Assembly (NCBI GenBank): GCA_964247055.1
Contig: OZ176053.1
Span: forward strand, 8,370,001 to 8,434,000
DNA: 64,000 nucleotides
Source: Paragordius varius
Taxonomy: Eukaryota > Animalia > Nematomorpha
Direction of reading: 5' to 3'
Shown here: positions 26,901 to 37,978 of the stretch, one piece after another
Numbering within the stretch: the first letter of the stretch is position 1
Layout: each line of letters starts with the position of its first letter
Notes under the pieces: model-generated
Databases searched by the model: none
The model's input: the letters and a program-made list of their open reading frames with translations, nothing else
What the model was told of the DNA's origin: nothing
Program-made: the position numbers and the translations under genes

Positions 26901-27578
26901 AGGCGTGGCATTACGAGAAAGGCATCAAGAGAATGTCAAATATTTGCGGAATGCGTTAATGCAACATGGTTTGCCTGTTATTCATACACCGTCACACATC
27001 ATTCCAATCAGTGTATGAAACTATTAACCTTCATAATATATTTATATATATTTTTAGGAAAAAAAGTTTTTTGTTTGGTAAATTCCAATTGTTAAAATAA
27101 TACATTGTTTTTATTCTAAACTATCATGCCAAGTATTTGGTTGCTTATTGTAAAAAATGTTTAATTGACAATTCAAACAATGTCATAAAGAATATCGAAA
27201 TTCATAATTAAATCATTTAACAGCGGTTAAGTGTCATTAATTCGTTTATAAAAAATATTTTTCCGTATATTTATTACAATTCTCTATATGCATTCATACT
27301 TGGCAACGAATTTAAAGAAATAATTATTTTTTCAGCGCTTTTTGCCTAAACAGTAAACGATGATTATAATTATGGATTTGTTTTTTCGAAAGATTTACAT
27401 CTAAAATTTTGCATGTAATATAGTTTGTTACACTTATATATTACATATGAAACTCGATGTAAAAAAATTCCGTTATATATATTATATAATCATAAACAAA
27501 CTATCCATGTCAGCATGTACTGTCCACAAATTTTTTACATCTCTTGTATATTTGCGTTTGAAAGTTTTTTCCTGATTA

Positions 27579-27610
<32 letters not shown>

Positions 27611-28001
27611 CGATGATTAGATTGGGGACCCAAACATAGCTTCTCAGATTTGCGATACACTATTACGCCAACATGCACATTACATTCAATCCATCAATTA
27701 TCCCACCGTACCTCGTGGGAGTGAACGGCTTCGTTTAGCCCCAACCCCATTTCATACAACGGCCATGATGGATGAACTTGTGAGAGATTTACTTTCAGTT
27801 TGGCAATCATATGGTTTGCCCCTTAAAACACCTGTTTGTTGCATTAATAATTGTGAGTTTTGTGCACGTCCGTTCGTTTTTGAAGCATATAGCTCGCGAC
27901 ATGATTTCATTCCCCCTTGCCAAGATAATGAATGCCCGAAACTTAAGAGCCTGTTTAGCCCACAAGAGGAAAATCGTAAATTGTTGCCTTTGTCGGTATG
28001 A
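21806..28001 (+). CDS. ALAS: 5-aminolevulinate synthase, mitochondrial precursor, 8 coding exons, ~582 aa
   Basis: Exons 21806-21935, 22225-22663, 24422-24606, 25055-25234, 25850-26014, 26360-26499, 26884-27012, 27621-28001 (1749 nt). Presequence MKKPCPFI...KLCPFL with two CP motifs; [49 protein letters not shown]-lysine GTLGKAFG (K codon 26362), [14 protein letters not shown]; C-terminal CEFC. Confidence 0.97.
27582..27610. repeat. (TA)n microsatellite 10 nt upstream of the last ALAS acceptor
   Basis: Direct reading. Other (TA)n tracts at ~3230-3246, 23887-23913 and 50638-50658. Confidence 0.95.
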
Positions 28002-28434
28002 AAAGGTGGATTAAATGGGATGGTTTAAAAAAGCTTCTTCTTTTACAAAAATTATCCATTTTTACACGTTTATTATATACCTTGCTTCTTTCTTACTATG
28101 TTTAGTGTTTTGCTTATCTCAGCGTTAAAATTGAAAAATCCATTTTTGTATTGATTTATTACCTACAATGTTTGTTTACCTTTATCCAAATTGATTTTTT
28201 ATTAGTCTTTTTTTTTTCATTTTTCATAAATACAATTATAATTATTTATACATTACATATAAATACGCAAATTTTCACACAATGCGCACATCACAGTTAC
28301 ATTTCTAGTTCAAATATTTAATTAATTTTATTGCTATTCAGTTATATTTTAATAAATTGGTGTTGTAAGACAAATTGCCTTGAGTTCATCGAGATTTTAT
28401 GTTTGACGGGATGTTTTGTTGTACATAACGCATA

Positions 28435-30608
28435 TCAAAGGTGCAAATCATAACAAGCGACCGATTTGTTTTCAAAATCATAAATTTTTCCATTATATTT
28501 CCCCTATAATTAACAAAAAAGTTATTACTGGTATGTATTCCAGAATATTTTTCTTTAAATCAACCGAATGATATCCTGCTTTGAGTGGACATTTTAGAAT
28601 ATCTCCTTTTTTATTTGAACAAAATTTGTTGAACCAATTATTATCATCATCGAGATTTTTTGCCTGAAAAGCCAAGCTTGATGTGGTTCTGCCTAGCGAT
28701 AATATAATAAATAAAGAATTATTGGGGATATTACAAAATTATAATTATTTTTAAAAAACAATGAAAAATTAGGCCATACTTAAGCTAAAATTGGCAATAA
28801 TATGCAGGGATATCGAATTGAACAATTTTTCATCGGACTGAGAAATCTTGATAATTTTTCCGATCACAGTTTTTATTTCATCGTCTATTATGTTAATAAT
28901 AGTAGTCAGAAAAACAAGATAGAAACATTTAAGTTTTTTATTCTTTTAATATATTAGAAATAATTTTAAGCGCCATGGTTTTTATCTATTCTACACAATA
29001 CATAATCAGATTTTTATTTTTTTGGTGTTGTCAATTTTTAAACATCTGTCTAGATCAGTACCTGAAATACCTATCTTAAATATAAAAATCTGCAAGCGTG
29101 TCAAACTGCATTATTTTATCAGTATTATGGCCGTTGAGACAAGAAAATGTTTCTTTGACCCTTTAAAATTTTCTTGTGAGTACCATTGGTCAAGATTAAC
29201 CGTCGGTTTATGTCATTATTCAGCACACACACAACTTTAATTCTTAACCTAACATGGGAAATTTTCGATCTCGTTTAAAAATGTTTTCTTACTATAATAT
29301 TGTATGTTAATTTAGGTATCGAATATGATCAATTAAAAATCGGCGGCATAGAGGATGGATATGCAAAATATATTATTAAATTATAGTAAGAGCATTTAAA
29401 ATTAACTACTACTTATGATTTATTTATAAATGAAAAGTTAGAATTGAAACGGTACTAAACATGCTTTATCATTTTTTTTCAAAATAACCCTGATTTCACG
29501 CAAAAGGTTCAAATACAAGTCAAAAAATTTTGAATTGCGATCAGTCTTGTTTATACATGTTTTTATCACCAAATTAACATTAAACTATGTTTAAAATATA
29601 AAAACTAATAAGTTTAATCCACTGAAAATGATATTTATAGTAATAGAGAGGTTAAGCCTTGATTAGATCATGTGTAGGTAGACAAGCATATAAACACCTA
29701 AAAAAAATTATTCTATGGTTTTAAACGGGACATTCACAATTAATATAAGCTATGTATGACAAAATAACGTTAGTTTTAGCGTAAAAACACTTTGGTACCG
29801 TTTTTATATTAAACAACTGGTAGCAATAAGTTAGAGTTATATTTTTCGAATTGGTTTAACTATATCGGTACCGTTTTTGGTTTATATTACTGAACATTTA
29901 ACAAATGATATATCATTTAGATCCTAATAATACACTGCAAATATCACACAATAATATAATTCCAATAGTCTTTTTGAAATTTACATTATTTTCCAGGCAT
30001 GGAAAAAATAAATTTACATATCTGTAAAAAAACTGTAATAAATGTGCACCACATACTATAATTGGGAATCTAAAAAAAAATAAAATTCAGATTTGTTTAT
30101 CGTTCAACAGATAATTCTCCGAAATATAAGTTAAAAGAAAAAAAAGAAAAATACCAATTAAAATTATAATAATAAGGGGTAACTAAGAATAATATTATAG
30201 ATTGTATAGCAAAAAAAAATTATTTTACTGTACTTATATATGTATATTAACCATTAATTATCAAAAAGATAAACTTAGGATTTTACCACAATCCTGATAG
30301 ATTGTTCCAATCACATCCTTATCATGGTATTTGTACCAATCGTGGAGAGATTTAATTTTTTGTCGTGCAGTTTGGGCATCAAGAATTGTATGATTCGCTA
30401 TAATATTTTTTGAACTTTGTGAAAAAGTGATTGCTTTTTTGCTGTGTAATGGGGCATTTGAATTAGAAATCTGGATAGAATATATAAAATATTTGATATT
30501 TTGTTCGAGTCCTGAGATAGCATTCAATATAATAACCAAAGATGTCAAGCCAAATATGGTGAAAAAGGATAAAATTAATATTTTCTTGCTCCTTAAATTT
30601 TTGTTCAT
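28435..30608 (-). CDS. ML-domain (NPC2/GM2-activator-like) lipid-recognition protein with an N-terminal hydrophobic segment
   Basis: Exons 30608-30287, 28692-28529, 28503-28435 (phase-compatible; extra middle exons possible). Cys pattern YQDCG...KFC...KCPLKAGY...YIP|GKY...VACYDLHL fits the ML fold from memory. Confidence 0.6.
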
Positions 30609-33600
30609 AATATGGATGGATGGATGTTTATAAATATAATTACTATTGTAACAATGTGTAGAAATAAAAAAAATCAAATATCGAAAAATACCAAAAAAAC
30701 TAAATATTTATAAACATGATATTAAACAAATAAACATCATAATATCTTCGCGCAATAAAATTATGTAATATTTGAATATTAAATGTTGAAACTAAATAGT
30801 AACATGTTGGATTAATATACCCGTTATTTTTGTAAAAAAAGCAAACATCTACTGAGAAAATAAAAAAAATTTATTTTTATCAATCTTTAAGTCATCATTT
30901 AATTCCTTACTGAGAACAAAAAAATTAACAAAAACAGATTTTAACCAATAAATTTTAATACAATGCACTTTTTCTTATCTAGATCACCTTTTATAATTTT
31001 TTTAATTTGTTTAAGTTAAATACAATAAATGGCGCTATTTAACGGGAAAAGACCTGCACAGGAAGCATGTCAGAGGGTTTTATGACTTTCTTTTAGGATA
31101 TAAACTTTTTTGAACGTTTTAGTGCTTTAAAAGAAAAATGAAAATTTGCCACCATCAAGGTTAGTTAGTGTGATATTCTAATACCTTATATAAATTTGGA
31201 TACTTTACTCTCGAAAAACTATATTTTAGATGCTTATTTAATCAGATATTATCAATATTTAAATTAATTTTTTACATTTGGTCATATATATTTTGTTATA
31301 ATTTTTAATTAAAAATTCATTGGTATAATATTTTATTGAATTAAAATTTTTTATTGTGGCTCTAATTTTATGAGTTAAATTGAATTTCTTATAAATTAGA
31401 ACTAATGATATAAGACCTTTGAATATATCAAATCATATATATTTGAGATACTTTTTTAAGTAATGAAAATATGAAAAATATAGAATGAAAATCATTAAAT
31501 TAAACTATTAAGCGAATAGGGATTATAGGCACATTAATTTAGAACAGTGGTACTTAAACTGCGGTCCTAAAACAGAAGCCTAGCTTTTTCTGGCGCCTGG
31601 TGCATGAATCCGTGATGGTGCCCCTTTTCATGCGACCCCTTGCATTTAAAAATAATCAAATTTAAACCGTGGTCATGACAACTCCAAATGGGTAATTTTT
31701 TATCTTATTTGAAATAATAACTTTTAAATGCCTATTTTTTGAGATAAAATTATTTTTTTTAAATCCGGCGCTTGGTGCATCAGCCCCCCTTCCACCCTCT
31801 AACTAGGACTCTGTCTTAAAGTGCTTTTTTATGTCCCTGAAACTTAAAGTTATTTAATTAAAGGATTACTTAGAAATAACTCGTAAACATTAACGGATGT
31901 CGGTTGATAATCATTTATTTTTCTGTGATTAAAAAAATACGATCTCGAAATTTTTTGCTAATTTTCTGTTTCTAACCATTGAAATTGTATTTGATGAAAA
32001 AAAATTACAGTTTTTTGTGAAAATATTTACACAATTGGTTTTGATGACGCGCATCTTGTTCCGTTAGGATTTTTTTAGAAAATCGTATATTATAAAGGTG
32101 CAAGTTGAAGGGAAAACAGAAGGTTAACTTAAGGATGTTTTATTATAATTTCATCTTCGCACATCTCGCCGAATTCAATGGAGGCCGAATATTCAAAAAT
32201 AAATTGGGGTGTCATAATATTAACCAGTTGTTAATAATTATTGGTTTTTACTAATGTTCATTAATTTATTATAAGATATTATAAAATATTTTTATTTTAA
32301 ACTAAATGGCATAAGGGAATAGCTGCTATTTATATACTACCCAAAAAATCTTGGTGTATTTAGAGTAAATCATATGTCTCACACAGCTTAAAATATATGT
32401 CGGTATCATATAGTTCACGGCCATTGAGACAAAAAGATGATTTTATTCGCCCTTCAAATTTTTGTGGGTGAGCACAATGATGAATAGGAATTTTCAGCAG
32501 GATCGTATAACATAAAATGGCTATTTTCATAATATCAAGCCCACCATGGTTTAAAAAACCAAAAAACAAACTTCAATAAATTTTTGCTAATATTTAAACT
32601 TGTCACAAGCATATTAAAAAAAATACCTAATATAAAAAAATTGTTATCGTGCAATATTAGCGCTTTATTTATCAAAACTAGCTGATTTTATAGGGAATTT
32701 GCATGAATGTGCAATGTCTAAAAGAATTTGGCTGAAAGTATTGGCCCATTCTTATCCAAAGTATTTTATTGTTTTATGCGTTCAAGATGATTGAAAGGTT
32801 TTTTGAATTAGTCTCGATTTTCCCAAGAATTTTAAAGAAATAGAAATCCTTAAAATTCTAAAATGTAGCACATTTCAAATCTGACAATAGAATATATTTA
32901 TTTTTTAAAAATAGTGCTCAAATATCCATTTAGAATATGTAAATACTGATCAAAAATATATCAGAATTGGTGCTATTGTTCTAGTAAGAGATACAATAAA
33001 ATTATCAATTTTATGATAATTTCTCGATAGCAAAAAATCGCAAAATTAGCGCACACTATAATGAATAAATTTTTTGGTAAAAGCTAAATGCTGCATAAAT
33101 ATCAATAAATCATAAACTATATTTACACAGCTATAAAATTTTAATATATAAACTAACCTTTTAATTCACCGAAGCTTTGTTTAAATTTTAACAGTTAATG
33201 GACCTTTTCAGTTTTTTGTGCGCGATGACCTATTGGGGTTATATTCCAAAGCCAATCTTGAAAATAAACTACTGCTTTGAAAGTTATTTTAGTTAAAATT
33301 TAATTATCACATTGTTCTACTGTATTAGATAAAAATCAAATTTTTCACAGTTTTTAGCTTCCGGAGTCTTAAATTGGGACAGCTCAAAGAGGATTGAACT
33401 TAACAACTGATTTCAAAATCAATAAAGATACCAAGTTATTGCTGCTAACATAAGCATGACATATATGTATTTTTTATGGCATCAGAGATATCAATTTAAG
33501 GAAAAATTGAGGGTAAAAAAAGTAGATAAGGATTTACAATTATACTTTTTAAATCTTAATGCGCGTAAAAGGCTGAAGAAAGCATATTAAATTGGCCGAT

Positions 33601-34358
33601 TAGATTAAATTAAAATCCGCGTTGCGATATAAAACTATCTCAAAGGGTCATAAGGTGTTAAATAATCCAATTGTTCTAATAATATCTATATTTAGCAATA
33701 TATTTGGAAGTTTGATCGCGCTATAATCATTTTCCGTTAAGTTTGAGAAAGCATACCCGTTTTACACGGGTTTAAATATTTGAGACCTTTGAAGCTCATA
33801 TTAAAATTTTATTTTTTGATGTTTATTATATTTTTAGTAAAAACTTTTGAAATGAAGCATTTAGCTTTGATCGAAAAAATTATAATTAGCAAAATGTACG
33901 CAGATTTTGCAATTTTCTAATAGCAGTTACCACAATGGTAATATTTTTTTCAAAAAAAGGCCCAAAAGTAAAAGAACTAGAATCCTAATACATTTGCCAA
34001 TTATATGCATTATGTTATAAAAATGAGGCATTCTGCCCTAATTATTTAGCAGAAATTACGAATTGTAGTATGATATAGAACAGTTGCGACAAAAGTGTAA
34101 AGATTTTCATCTCTAGATTCTAAAAGGATTACAAATCTAGTATATTGATCCAGAATAGAAATATTTTATCAGGATATTTTAATACTTATCAATTTTGTAG
34201 ACTAAATATCAATACTAGTTGTTAATGCTTATTGCAAAAAATGTGAAACATATTAGTTGGTGTGCTAGAATTATGTTTTAATTATGATTCTAAAATTAAT
34301 TCATTCAAGTTTAATATGAATTATATTTTTTACTTATATTGGCTTATTTTATTTAATA

Positions 34359-35193
34359 CTAGCGTAAATCTCGTGCTGCTACGCAGCCCGAGGAAGTCCT
34401 TCGGACTTCTGGAGGGGGGAATGGCATTTTACGGGGGGAGCGGGTAAAAAGTGGGACTAAATTAAAAAAGCGAGAGGTCCAACACGTTCTCCGGAAAATT
34501 AACTTAACCCATTTTTCACACGGGGTGGGCCCGAACTGGGGACCTAATTCCAAAAAAGGGCAAAGCTATTGTCGGGGCATTCATTAATGATTATATTTTT
34601 TCGATATTTGGATTTGATTGGGTTCACCGCTTTTCCGGAAACAGATCACAAAGTTACATGAAAAATCAGTTTTTAGCGGGTAGCTCCTTACACAGCAGCT
34701 ATCATCATAGAAACGCTTGGCTAAAATTTTTGCCTCAGGGAATACGTGGAATCTTTAATGAATTTTTACGGTCTCATACCTAGGGCGAAAAATCGATTTA
34801 AAAAATTATTTTGGTGGACTTTGTTTTTTGAAAAAAATGGCATTTTACGGGGGTAGCGGGTAAAAGGAGGGCCTAAATTAAAAAGCGAGACGACTATGTT
34901 CGGCGCAATCGAAAATAAGTAAACAAAATTCATATTTAAAATTGAATGGTCCAACACGTTCTCCGGAAAATTGTCTCAAAAACACGATTTTTGTGGACTT
35001 CTGTTTTCAAAAAAAACCCGTTTTTCATACGGGGTGGGCCCGAACTGGGGGCCTATTACAAAAAAAGGGCGAAGCTATTGTCGGGACATTTATTAATGAT
35101 TATATTTTTTCGATATTTGGATTTGATTGGGTCTACCGGTTTTCCTGTACCAGATCACAAAGCCAGCATTTTCCATTTTTATAAATATATAGA
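34359..35193 (-). mobile_element. Complete non-autonomous Helitron (family A) with an internal head-to-tail duplication
   Basis: 5' A|TCTATATATTTATAAAAATGG at 35193. The 3' hairpin plus CTAG|T at 34359 is identical to the 10794 copy. 34420-34650 repeats 34840-35160 with deletions. Confidence 0.9.
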
Positions 35194-35238
35194 TTATGCA
35201 TAAATTATCATACGCGATATAACACTTTTTACAAAACG

Positions 35239-37627
35239 ATGCAGCATGGTAATGAAATGGAAGGTGATGCTAATTCATTGTCAGTTGCCAATGGTGTCGA
35301 TGGCATGAATACTTCTTTAGTACTGCAAACATTTGATCCAACTACTTTGGGATTGGATTCAAGTTTTAAGCTTACGCAATTTGCTGAGCTAAAGGGATGA
35401 GGGTGTAAAGTCCCTCAGGAACACCTTGACCGGTTACTTGAGGGGCTACAAGCACATGATTCTGATCAACAGTTGGATCAATTGTTATTGCAGTATAATC
35501 TCCCTCGTTATGGTATTGGACTTGATGCATCTATAACTCCATTAATAAAGCATCAAGGATTTTCGCTTGTGCAAACTGTCGATTTTTTCTACCCAGTCGT
35601 AGATGATCCATATATGATGGTTACATTTTTAATCTTATATCTAGGGTCGGATAACGTGTGCTAATGTTTTAAGCGACTTATATGCTACTGGAGTTTACGA
35701 ATGTGATAACATGCTTATGATTCTAGCAACATCTACTAAAATGACCGATTCAGAAACTGATATTGTTGTTCCCTTAATTATGAAAGGATTTAGAGTTTAA
35801 CTATTTTTTAAAATTATAATTTATGTTTTTATTAACATGCAAATTTTAGGATACTGCGACAGAAGCTGGCACTTATGTTACAGGAGGGCAGACAATACGA
35901 AATCCATGGCTTACGATCGGTGGCGTGGCTACATCTTTGATTGCATCTACCGATTTTATTCAGTAATTTTCTATTATATATACGGAATGTGGCGGAAACA
36001 TTTTTCTAATTAAAAATTATTTTATTTTTTGTTTAATCGTTTTTCAAATTAGAAAGACAATTTTTAAATTTAGGCATTAAACTTAACAACTTGGTAATGA
36101 CTTATTAAATTTATATTAAAATAGTAATTTCTTAAAAATATAAATATATTTTTGCGCGCATCTTCTAGCCCTGATAACGCTGTGGTGGGAGATGTGCTGG
36201 TGCTAACTAAACCTTTGGGAACCCATCTTGCAATTAATGCCCATATTTGGAAGGAAAATCCTGATAAATGGACTCGAATCAAAATGGTCGCCTCTGAAGA
36301 CGACATTGATAAAGCTTACAACCGTGCCATGATTAGTATGGCACGTCTTAATAAAACTGGTAGGATTTTTGACCAGGCCTATTATTACATAAAAATAAAT
36401 ATAACTAATAAAAACACGTAGACTTTTGTTTATTAAATCAAATTTTTACATTAGCTTCATATATATTGTTAATTGTGAACATTTGTGATTTTGGGAGGGT
36501 ATACATAAATTTCATCGAATGTGGTTTTACTGCCAAATTACTAAATATTTTAAAATTAAAATCAAGGTTAATTTTAATCTTTTCTGTTACCTATAGTCGT
36601 AAAATTAAACAATCAATACCTGATTCATCGGTTTTAATTATTTTAGTGACTTCCGTTTACATTTTTTGATAATATGAATAACATAAAAATTTTATTTGGT
36701 TAACTTTGGCCGTAAAATGCTATCTTACATATATATAAAATTGGAATTTAATGTTTTGTATAAAATAATTTAATTTTTTAAATCAAAATAGATAATATTT
36801 TTATAGCAGTATTAGAATAGTTTTCAATGGATAAAACATTAAAAAACAATTTGGGATTTTTAAGTATAAACTTTACAAATGTCAAATTTATATTAATGTG
36901 TAAAATAAGCTGCCACACTCATGCACAAATACAATGCTCATGGTGCGACCGATGTGACTGGGTTTGGCCTTCTTGGACACGCAGAAAATTTGGCTCGTCA
37001 TCAAAAGAATGAAGTTTCATTCGTTATTCACAATTTACCTATCATAGCTAAAATGGCTGCTGTTAGTAAGGCTTGTGGTAACATTTTTGGTTTGTTGCAC
37101 GGAAAAAGTCCAGAAACTTCGGGTATTTTATATGTCTAAAAATTTAATTTGTGTAAATTTTATAAATTATTTTACATACATATTTTCTACCAGGATATTG
37201 ACATAACTTATAATAAATAAAAATAGGAGGTTTGTTGATAACACTACCACGCGAACAGGCTGCAGCATTTTGCAAAGATATAGAAAAATTGGAAGGATTC
37301 CCTGCTTGGATAATAGGTAGACAGAGATTTTAAGATTACATTTTTGTTTAATTTCAGATATTTTATATTTAATTTTTTAATATTAAAAGGCCTTTTTATC
37401 ATAAAATTTAACCATTTTATTTTACCACATATTCTTCTACACTGACTGGTAATATTTAAAACACTTTTTTGAAAATAAAATATAAATTGTTTTTTTAAAC
37501 GATACATATTATAAATTTAAAATACAATTTAGGCATTGTTGAAAAGGGTAATCGCACTGCACGAGTTATCGATAAACCTCGTATTATTGAAGTCCCATCC
37601 AAAGAACGAGAGAGCGAATTATTTTAA
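35239..37627 (+). CDS. SPS2: Selenophosphate synthetase with Sec (UGA codon 54, 35398-35400), 7 coding exons, ~410 aa
   Basis: Exons 35239-35619, 35645-35794, 35850-35962, 36169-36359, 36910-37122, 37227-37316, 37533-37627 (1233 nt). Motifs: [30 protein letters not shown]|[47 protein letters not shown]. Confidence 0.95.
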
Positions 37628-37692
37628 CGCATAATTTTTTCGTGATTATGTTGATCAGAACTTTCATGGTTTTTAAGGGAAAAAATTTAACT

Positions 37693-37762
37693 CCTATTAA
37701 ACTATGAAACAATTTTTGCAAAACACACACATTATTAAAAAAAAATTGTGGAACATAATAGG
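37693..37762 (+). promoter_or_regulatory. Eukaryotic SECIS element in the SPS2 3'UTR
   Basis: Helix I CCTATTA (37693-99)/TAATAGG (37756-62). Core A-UGAA (37704-08)/GGAA (37750-53). Helix II 9 bp ACAATTTTT/AAAAATTGT. AAAA at 37720-23, 12 nt after AUGA. The apical region is longer than typical. Confidence 0.8.
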
Positions 37763-37978
37763 GTTTAATTTTTCTTTATATAACTAATAATATAAAGCAT
37801 AATTTTTACATACAAAACTGTGATAATAACACAAATTACTATTCTATTTTATATTACTAATCATCATCATAGATATTACTTTATATTTTTTTGTAGTATA
37901 CATTAAATAAATAATTAATTTTACAATTAGACATAATCAATAAAGTTTTTATGTGTCCATCTTAGACATCATTTGATT

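Noticed and set aside
31545-31812. Possible hAT-like MITE (CAGTGGTACTTAAACTGCGG...)
   Set aside because: No matching right TIR or TSD could be identified.
29125-32475. Similar ~60-bp segments at 29125-29185 and 32415-32475 as paralogous exons (including ORF 32360-32569)
   Set aside because: They differ by a 1-nt indel, so no frame is conserved; more likely old repeat fragments.
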